From Planctomycetota bacterium (GTDB lineage Bacteria; Planctomycetota; GCA-002687715; DRQF01): a DNA stretch of 18,116 nt. The stretch covers positions 1-18,116 of the forward strand of contig JALTLO010000083.1 in the NCBI GenBank assembly GCA_027001995.1, written 5' to 3'. Each line of letters opens with the position of its first letter. Within the stretch, counting starts at the first letter, position 1. The notes beneath the pieces are model-generated. The model saw nothing but the letters and a program-made list of their open reading frames with translations, ran no database searches and had not been told where the DNA came from. This document shows, one piece after another, positions 1-6,418 of this stretch. The translations under genes and the position numbers were made by a program.

Positions 1-322
1 ACTGCTCCCGGGAAGAGTTGGTTTTTTGCTCCGCTGGGAGCATTGGGCTTTGGCCGCTTCTTCTTGTTTTCGTTTCTTGGAGAAAGACGAAGAAGCGGCG
101 GGACGCCACTGCTCCCGGGAAGAATTGGTTTTTTGCTCCGCTGGGAGCATTGGGCTTTGGCCGCTTCTTCTTGTTTTCGTTTTTTGAGGAAGACCAAGAA
201 GCGGCGGGACGCCACTGCTCCTGGGTGAGTTGGTTTTTTGCTCCGCTGGGAGCATTGGGCTCTGGCCGCTTCCTCTTGTTTTCGTTTTTTGGAGAAAGAC
301 GAAGGAGCGGCGGGACGCTACT
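1..322. repeat. Tandem array of ~106-107 bp REP/REPIN(BIME)-like palindromic units; at least 3 copies, truncated at the left window edge
   Basis: Near-identical units at 1-107, 108-213 and 214-319, each starting ACTGCTCC. Each contains two inverted 25-nt elements (e.g. 36-60 GGGAGCATTGGGCTTTGGCCGCTTC and 92-116 GAAGCGGCGGGACGCCACTGCTCCC; 19/25 identical after reverse-complementing). There are no unique spacers. Confidence 0.9.
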
Positions 323-330
323 AGGAAATG

Positions 331-365
331 AAAAAAGGTCAGCGAGGAATATCCTCGCCGACCTT
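331..365 (-). terminator. Rho-independent terminator of the 407..2440 gene
   Basis: Inverted repeat AAGGTC-a-GCGAGGA ata TCCTCGC-c-GACCTT, with an A6 run on + (U-tract on the - strand), ~40 nt past the stop codon. Confidence 0.85.
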
Positions 366-406
366 GAGCTATTTATCGACCAACGTCGATGGTGCCGAAC
401 TACGAA

Positions 407-2440
407 TTAGTTCACTGTCAATTCAACAGCGTTCGAAATGTAGAAGTTTGGCATGCCAACGTTGCTCATGACACACTGCATTGTTGTCAGGATGGTTCCT
501 GGAGCAATACCGAAGTCAGGCATTGTCAACGAAACACCACCAGTTCCGGCAGGGCCTACGACGAAGAATGCGTCGATTGGAAGTCCTACTGGGTTCGCGT
601 GGTAATTGATACCGTCGAACAAGACTGCAATGTTGTTAGGCAAGCCAGCCATGTCAACTCCAGGACCACCAACATCGAACTGGCCGATGTTGTTGGGGTA
701 AGTCGCTGACTTGACTCCCAAGTTACCGATGACGCAAGTCAAAGGACGGTTGGCAATTCCTTCCCAAGTGAGGTTCAAAGCGCCGCCTTGAGTCACGTTA
801 GCGAAGTAAGGGCCGTTGGCGTTTGACCCAACACCTTGAAGGTTGCTGTTAACAGCGTTGTTGACGTCAAAGACAGCCATGCCAGGACGTGGTGCCTGAC
901 CAGCAGCAGCGACAACATCGACCAAACCGAAATCGTCGATAGCGAGGTCATCGGTGAAGGTTCCGTTGTCGTTGTTGGTACGGAATTGAACGCGAACCAA
1001 ACCAGGTCCGAATGCTGATAGGTCAACTTGAGCGTTGACCCAGCCAAGACCACCGTTTCCTGGAAGGGAAGCGACGCTCATTGTGACAACACCACCGTTT
1101 GTTTCGTCGATGATGTCAATCTCAAGGACGTTATCATTTGAGGCGCCAGCAGCAGGAATACTGTGATGGAAGAACGATGCCATAGGTGTTCCAGCAGCAC
1201 CAGCCAAGTCAAGGCAAGGGGAGCGAAGCTCAATGTCACCAGCTTGGCTTGGACTATCCTCAATGTACATGTAGATGCCATTGCCTGAAGTGTTGTCGCC
1301 TTGAGGACCAACAGCACCACCGGAAGAGCCGGTTGTGAAGTCGTTGGGGCCCCAATCTGGCTCGCTGTTGCCAGCGATGGAAGCGCCGTCATCCTGGGCA
1401 TTGACCCAGCCTGTTGGAACAGCGGTGATTGCGATGGAGAATGCACCGTTGTTGGAAGGAAGGCTGTCAAAGTTCTCTGTGTAACCATAGGTCACAATAG
1501 GCGAACCTGGAGAGTTGTAAGCCAAAGTGCATGTGTCATTGGCTGTGTTCGCGTCACCTGCGATGCTAGTCACAACAGTCAATGTATGCGCGCCGAGAGC
1601 CGACATGTCAATGGTACCGGTGGTCACAAAGTTGTTTGTAGCACCAGGTGCCAGTGGAGCAACCAAGGTATCGACCTCGCTGAGGACGAGCAAACCGTCC
1701 AAAGAAACGTCAACGGTGACCATGTCACCAATGTTGAGGGCAGCGCCACCAGCATTGGTGTAATCAACGCCAACAACTTCTGCGGCTGTCAAAGTGACAA
1801 CGCAGCTTGTTGCGTCGATAACAGGTGCCGTGATTGTGCCGCAGACGATGTCCAACGCTGCTGGTTCGAAGACCATGATGTTGTCCACGTACCAGTACCA
1901 ATCCCAGCCCGATGCATAGTTGAATTGAACGGAAGCATTGGCTGATCCACCTGCCAGAGCAGTGATGTCGAAAGACTCGTGGAAAGCTGCCGCTGCTGAA
2001 CCGATGTCTGAGCCACCCGTTTGGGTTAGGACTGTGTTGAAAACGGTTCCGTCAAAAACGGAAACGGTGATCGTCGTGCCGCCAAGCATGCGAGCGAAAT
2101 GATCCCACTCCATGATAACGGTGGTAGCACCGGAAACATCGAAAGCTGTGGAACCTAAGGTCGCGTTGTGTGGACTTGTACCACTTCCTTCAAAGTCGGA
2201 GTCGACGCCGGCGACGCCGCCAGATACTCCAGACAAGGGGGCATTGCCACCAGGATCGTCCCAGCGCCAAGCTGCCGAACCGACTGTAATAAAATTCGTC
2301 CACCCTGCAGGGGCAACGGTGCCTCCGGCAACAGCGTCAAAGTTCTCGTCCAGGAAAGTTGTCTGGGCCGAGACTGAGGACGCCATAACCATGGCAAAGA
2401 CTGCAACCAAAGATGCGGTTGCCAAAATTGACCTCTTCAT
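407..2440 (-). CDS. Secreted modular surface protein, paralog 1 (677 aa): signal peptide, choice-of-anchor-J/cleaved-adhesin-like domain, Ig/CARDB-like domain, MAM domain, conserved C-terminal domain
   Basis: Start moved from 2494 to ATG 2440: it has AGGAG 7 nt upstream and the MKRS N-terminus matches both paralogs. Signal peptide ends SVSA|Q. MAM-like motifs ENFD..P.GW.N, GPQGDNTSGNGIYMYIE, LRSPCLDL, LAIDD. The N-domain ends WDWYWYVDNI. Confidence 0.88.
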   Translation of the reverse strand: MKRSILATASLVAVFAMVMASSVSAQTTFLDENFDAVAGGTVAPAGWTNFITVGSAAWRWDDPGGNAPLSGVSGGVAGVDSDFEGSGTSPHNATLGSTAFDVSGATTVIMEWDHFARMLGGTTITVSVFDGTVFNTVLTQTGGSDIGSAAAAFHESFDITALAGGSANASVQFNYASGWDWYWYVDNIMVFEPAALDIVCGTITAPVIDATSCVVTLTAAEVVGVDYTNAGGAALNIGDMVTVDVSLDGLLVLSEVDTLVAPLAPGATNNFVTTGTIDMSALGAHTLTVVTSIAGDANTANDTCTLAYNSPGSPIVTYGYTENFDSLPSNNGAFSIAITAVPTGWVNAQDDGASIAGNSEPDWGPNDFTTGSSGGAVGPQGDNTSGNGIYMYIEDSPSQAGDIELRSPCLDLAGAAGTPMASFFHHSIPAAGASNDNVLEIDIIDETNGGVVTMSVASLPGNGGLGWVNAQVDLSAFGPGLVRVQFRTNNDNGTFTDDLAIDDFGLVDVVAAAGQAPRPGMAVFDVNNAVNSNLQGVGSNANGPYFANVTQGGALNLTWEGIANRPLTCVIGNLGVKSATYPNNIGQFDVGGPGVDMAGLPNNIAVLFDGINYHANPVGLPIDAFFVVGPAGTGGVSLTMPDFGIAPGTILTTMQCVMSNVGMPNFYISNAVELTVN

Positions 2441-2470
2441 GAGGTGTCTCCTCTGTCGTTTCTTGAGTAA

Positions 2471-2554
2471 CAGTCGGTGAAACATTTGTTTCACGGACTG
2501 GGTCGTGTCCGAAGACAGCGACCAATATTTCTAATGTTTCATTCCGAAGGATGA
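2471..2554 (-). promoter_or_regulatory. Structured intergenic RNA element: two cUUCGg tetraloop hairpins plus a 14-bp stem
   Basis: On the - strand: UCAUcC-UUCG-GaAUGA (2554-2539), GGUCGcUGUC-UUCG-GACACGACC (2523-2501), and CAGUCcGUGAAACA-AA-UGUUUCACcGACUG (2500-2471). Confidence 0.6.
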
Positions 2555-2569
2555 GCACAGATCAACAAT

Positions 2570-3661
2570 CTAATTGGTGATGATTTCGACGGCGTTCGAC
2601 AATTTGAAGAACGGTGCCATCGGTGAACTCATCGTGCATTGGAATGTGGTCAAGGTGCTTCCTGGAGCCAACCCAAAGCTTGGGAATGGCAAAGTGATTC
2701 CACCTATGCCAGCGGCATCACAGAACATGAAGGAATCCAATGCCAAGCTTCCTGGGTTACCGGCAAAGCCGATACCATCAGCGAATACGCCAATGCCCAG
2801 TGGGAACCCTGTCATAGGGTCGAGGCCGGGGCCACCCACATCTGTTTGGCCGATACCTCCAGGGAAGGTAGCAGAAACAGGGTTGAGGTTGCCGTAGAAG
2901 CAAGCGATTGGATAGTTGGCCGAGCCTTCCCAAGACATAGTCATGGTTGTGCCAGGAGTCAGTGTTGTTTGGAATGGACCATTGTCTCCAGAAGCAACTG
3001 GGAGACCGTTTGCGTTCAACGAGCCGTTGACGTCAAAGACGGATTCACCTGTACGTGGAGCTTGGCCTGAGAGAGCCAAGGGCTCAAAAACGTTGACGTT
3101 GTCCACATACCACCACCAGTCGAAACCAGATGTGTAGTTAAAGCTGACATGTGCGTTCACAGCACCACCAGCCAAAGCTGTGATATCGAATGACTCGGCG
3201 ACAGGAGATGTTGGTGTACCAACATCTGAACCGCCAGCCTGAACAAAGACGATGTTGTCAGTAACGCCGTCGAAGACGGAGACAGTCAATGTTGTCGCAG
3301 AAAGCATGCGGGCATAGTGATCCCAGTTCATGATCACAGTAGCAGCACCAGACAAGTCCATGTCAGGGGATTGCAAAGTGGCATCGTGGGGGGAGGTTCC
3401 GCCTCCGGCAAAGTCGGAACTAATGCTGGCTTGGCCGCCAGCAAAGTTGCCACCGGTAGGGGCGACGGCGGATGGATCGTCGAAACGCCATTCGGCGCTG
3501 CCGACAGTTATGAATTTCGTCCAGCCTGCTGGAGCAACGGTGCCTCCGGCGACTGCGTCGAAGTTTTCGTCTAGGAATGTTGTCTGTGCAGATGCGTTGA
3601 ACGCCAAGATCATGGCGACGACGGCAACCGACACAGTGGTTCCCAAGAATGACCTCTTCAT
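2570..3661 (-). CDS. Secreted modular surface protein, paralog 2 (363 aa): signal peptide, adhesin-like N-domain fused directly to the conserved C-terminal domain
   Basis: RBS AGGAG, then MKRS start and signal peptide NASA|Q. The N-domain is highly similar to paralog 1 (AQTTFLDENFDAVAGGTVAPAGWT.FITVGSA). It lacks the Ig+MAM module and ends SNAVEIITN. Confidence 0.88.
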   Translation of the reverse strand: MKRSFLGTTVSVAVVAMILAFNASAQTTFLDENFDAVAGGTVAPAGWTKFITVGSAEWRFDDPSAVAPTGGNFAGGQASISSDFAGGGTSPHDATLQSPDMDLSGAATVIMNWDHYARMLSATTLTVSVFDGVTDNIVFVQAGGSDVGTPTSPVAESFDITALAGGAVNAHVSFNYTSGFDWWWYVDNVNVFEPLALSGQAPRTGESVFDVNGSLNANGLPVASGDNGPFQTTLTPGTTMTMSWEGSANYPIACFYGNLNPVSATFPGGIGQTDVGGPGLDPMTGFPLGIGVFADGIGFAGNPGSLALDSFMFCDAAGIGGITLPFPSFGLAPGSTLTTFQCTMSSPMAPFFKLSNAVEIITN

Positions 3662-4013
3662 GAGGCGATCTCCTTGTTTGGGTTACTACTAATTGGCAAT
3701 TGGGACAGGCAAGCTAATACTTTTCGGTGCCTGTCACCATAAGGGTACGAGAGGGATTAAACACAAATTCGCCGTGAATTCCAAGGGAAGTCATTTTTTT
3801 GTATGCCAAGTTTCTTGCCAATTCGTGAATACCGTGAACCATTGAGATTGCAATGGCCAGAAGTCGGGAAGTGGGATCAGTGGGACCCCTTGCTATGAAG
3901 GGAGTTAGCCCTAAGTGCTCCCATTCACTTTGAGAATAGGAGCAAGCTGGGGAACGCCACTTTAGTTGTTCCAATTTGGGAATAGCACGCTTAGGAAATG
4001 GGGGAATGATTCG

Positions 4014-4096
4014 GGGTGTGGGGTGAGATAGGCTTGCTCGGTTCTTCGTTTTTCATCAGGGCCTAACAAAACACGTTTTTTTTGGGTGTGGGGTGA
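4014..4096. repeat. 13-bp direct repeat GGGTGTGGGGTGA, two copies 70 bp apart
   Basis: Exact copies at 4014-4026 and 4084-4096. Confidence 0.6.
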
Positions 4097-4097
4097 C

Positions 4098-4136
4098 AAT
4101 AAAGAAGGGGTCTGTGAGACGCGCTCACAGACCCCT
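4098..4136 (-). terminator. Rho-independent terminator of the 4175..6169 gene
   Basis: Perfect 13-bp stem AGGGGTCTGTGAG (4106-4118) / CTCACAGACCCCT (4124-4136), followed on the - strand by UCUUUAUU. Confidence 0.85.
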
Positions 4137-4174
4137 AAGATGCTTAACTATTTCTCAGTTTGCAGAGACTGCAA

Positions 4175-6169
4175 TTAGAGAACAGTGACGTCAACAGCGT
4201 TGGAGATGAAGAACAATCCAGCTGGGTTCATGACACACTGGAAGCGTGTCAATGGACCTGGTGCGAAGACAGGTGAGACCTGGAAGTTGATGCCGCCTGT
4301 ACCAGCAGGGCCGGTGAAGAAGAAGGCATGGAACAAAGAGGTCAGAGCCAAGTTGCCGTCGCCGAAGACGAAGATCGAGCTTGGGATACCGCCAACAAGT
4401 GGGCCTGTACCGATGTCAAGTTGACCGATAGTAGGACCGAAGTTAGCAATGTTGTCGTTAGCTGGGCCGAAGAGGCAAAGCATGAGACCATTGTTTTGTC
4501 CAGACCATGTCATGTTCATGTTACCACCAACAGAGACGTTAGCAGCGTAAGGACCATTGGCGCCTGAGGAGACGATTTGGCCGAGGCTGTTAGCGGAGTT
4601 GTTGATGTCGAACACGGCGTTTCCAGGCTGTGGAGCTTGGCCGACTGGTTGGATGGCATCGAAGTAACGAACGTCATCGATGGAGACGTCATCAGTGAAG
4701 TTGCCATTGTTGTTGTTGCAACGGAACTGTGGTCTGACAAGGTCAGCGCCGAATGCGGAGAGGTCAATCAACACATTGTGCCAGTTGTTGTCACCATAAC
4801 CAGGCAAAGAAGCGACACTCAAAGTGACTGTTCCGCCAGTGGTTTCGTTGATGATGTCGATTTCCAAGATGTTGTCAGTTGTTGCGCCAGTAGGTGCGTG
4901 ACTGAAGTGAGCGAACTGAAGGCTTGGGTTGCCAACGGCACCGGTTGGGTCGAGGCAAGGACCGCGCAATTCAAGGTCGCCAACTTGGCTTGGGGAATCT
5001 TCCATGAACATGTAGATGCCAGCACCTGTGGTGTTGTCACCAGAAGGACCCTGGTTGGAGCCAGTAGTACCGCTGTTAGGAGCCCAATCGCGGATGGTGT
5101 TGCCAGCAATGGAAGCAGCATCGTCTTGAGCATTTTCCCAATCGGCAGGAACATCAAAGATTGTTGGTGTGAATGCACCATTGTTGGAAGGAAGTGCATC
5201 GAAGTTCTCGAAGAAGCCGAGGGCTTTAGGAGTCGCCGATGGGTTGGAGTATGCAACAGTACATGAGTTGTTGCCTGGAATACCGTCACCAGCGTAGGTG
5301 ATAGTGACAGTCAACGTGTGTGCACCGAGTGCGGACATATTGACAGTACCAACAGTGGTGAAGGAGGTGACAGTGCCGCCGCCAGCAATGTTGGCTGCAG
5401 GAATGTCGAACTCAGTCAATTGAAGCAGACCGTCGATGAAGACGTCGATCTGAACCAAAGAACCAGCAGTGATAGCACCAGAACCAGCGTTGATGTAATC
5501 AACGGAAATGGTTTCAGTAGCGGTCAAGCCGCCGACGCAATCTGTTGGGTCGATGACAGGAGCCGTGATAGTTCCACAAGCAACGTCGATTGGTGCAGGC
5601 TCTTCCAATGTGATGTTGTCAACAGCGTACCACCAGTCCCAGCCAGCAGTGTGAACGAAGCGAACACGACCGTTGGTAGCACCAGCAGCAAGTGCTGTCA
5701 GGTTGAAGGCAACGTGGTTGTTTTCACCAGCGCCACTGGCATTGCCAGCGAGGCTTGACGCGACGTTCCATGTTGAACCATCGAAGACTTCGAGGGTTGC
5801 AGTACCTGCACCCAGTTGACGGAACTGGTAATCGAAATCGATCAACACAGATGCGGCAGTTGAGAAGTCAAATGGAGTTGAAGTCAAAGCGGACGAAAAG
5901 GCAATACCGGGTCCACCAGCATCAGCGTTACTGGATGCGAATGGAATCGCAAACGGTGCTGTTGTTGGGTGGTTGCCGATGTTGTCGTAACGCCAGCCTG
6001 AAATACCGAGATCGTCACCGGAGAGCAAGATGACGCTCCAGTTAGGACTGACAGTACCGAATGCGGTACTGAAGTCCTCAGAGATGAATGTTTGCTGCGC
6101 CGTGGCAGTGTTAGCAGCGAATGCAAACACAGCAACCAAAGCGGCAGTTGCTAAGAAAGACCTCTTCAT
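4175..6169 (-). CDS. Secreted modular surface protein, paralog 3 (664 aa): same architecture as paralog 1
   Basis: RBS AGGAG, MKRS start and signal peptide TATA|Q. Motifs WDWWYAVDNI, CGTITAPVID, MAM-like GPSGDNTTGAGIYMFME and VSIDDV. Ends SNAVDVTVL. Confidence 0.88.
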   Translation of the reverse strand: MKRSFLATAALVAVFAFAANTATAQQTFISEDFSTAFGTVSPNWSVILLSGDDLGISGWRYDNIGNHPTTAPFAIPFASSNADAGGPGIAFSSALTSTPFDFSTAASVLIDFDYQFRQLGAGTATLEVFDGSTWNVASSLAGNASGAGENNHVAFNLTALAAGATNGRVRFVHTAGWDWWYAVDNITLEEPAPIDVACGTITAPVIDPTDCVGGLTATETISVDYINAGSGAITAGSLVQIDVFIDGLLQLTEFDIPAANIAGGGTVTSFTTVGTVNMSALGAHTLTVTITYAGDGIPGNNSCTVAYSNPSATPKALGFFENFDALPSNNGAFTPTIFDVPADWENAQDDAASIAGNTIRDWAPNSGTTGSNQGPSGDNTTGAGIYMFMEDSPSQVGDLELRGPCLDPTGAVGNPSLQFAHFSHAPTGATTDNILEIDIINETTGGTVTLSVASLPGYGDNNWHNVLIDLSAFGADLVRPQFRCNNNNGNFTDDVSIDDVRYFDAIQPVGQAPQPGNAVFDINNSANSLGQIVSSGANGPYAANVSVGGNMNMTWSGQNNGLMLCLFGPANDNIANFGPTIGQLDIGTGPLVGGIPSSIFVFGDGNLALTSLFHAFFFTGPAGTGGINFQVSPVFAPGPLTRFQCVMNPAGLFFISNAVDVTVL

Positions 6170-6255
6170 GAGGTTATCTCCTAAGTCGAATTATAGTTGA
6201 AGTGGCAAAACTGATAGAACCCGTTGCCGAGCCCTACCGATCATGAGCGAGCGCA

Positions 6256-6304
6256 ATGGTATATATTTCTTCCGTTTTGTCTCATCTTTTTCTTTTTCTT
6301 TTTC
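6256..6304 (-). promoter_or_regulatory. Possible promoter of paralog 3, with an A-tract (UP-element-like) repeat
   Basis: On the - strand, (GAAAAA)x3 at 6304-6287 lies just before GAGACA-N16-TACCAT (6283-6256). The -35 match is weak. Confidence 0.3.
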
Positions 6305-6418
6305 AGATTCTTGGAAGATGGACAATCCGTGTCGTTTTTACACGAATAGATGATGGGGACCCAGGATATGGGGGTATCGTTCTGAGAAGGGCGGTCTAAC
6401 TCAATGAAGAAGCGTGGT

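Noticed and set aside
1..322. CRISPR array
   Set aside because: The units are near-identical along their whole length, with no unique spacers, and no cas genes are in the window.
18..410. 130-aa and 61-aa ORFs over the repeat
   Set aside because: They are translations of the repeat in shifting frames (unit length is not a multiple of 3), have no clear RBS, and the longer one runs through the terminator.
2441..2494. 18-aa N-terminal extension of paralog 1 (GTG start at 2494)
   Set aside because: The GTG lies inside a hairpin. ATG 2440 has the RBS and matches the paralog starts.
3803..3821. Sigma54 promoter (TGGCAAG-N4-TTGG on the - strand)
   Set aside because: The -12 element reads GG instead of the near-invariant GC.
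3714..3974. 86-aa intergenic ORF on the - strand
   Set aside because: TTG start without an RBS and no recognisable motif; the region is more likely regulatory.
407..6169. Diversity-generating retroelement acting on the paralogs
   Set aside because: There is no reverse transcriptase and no TR/VR pair with adenine-specific differences. In the most similar stretch the paralogs differ mostly at synonymous third positions.
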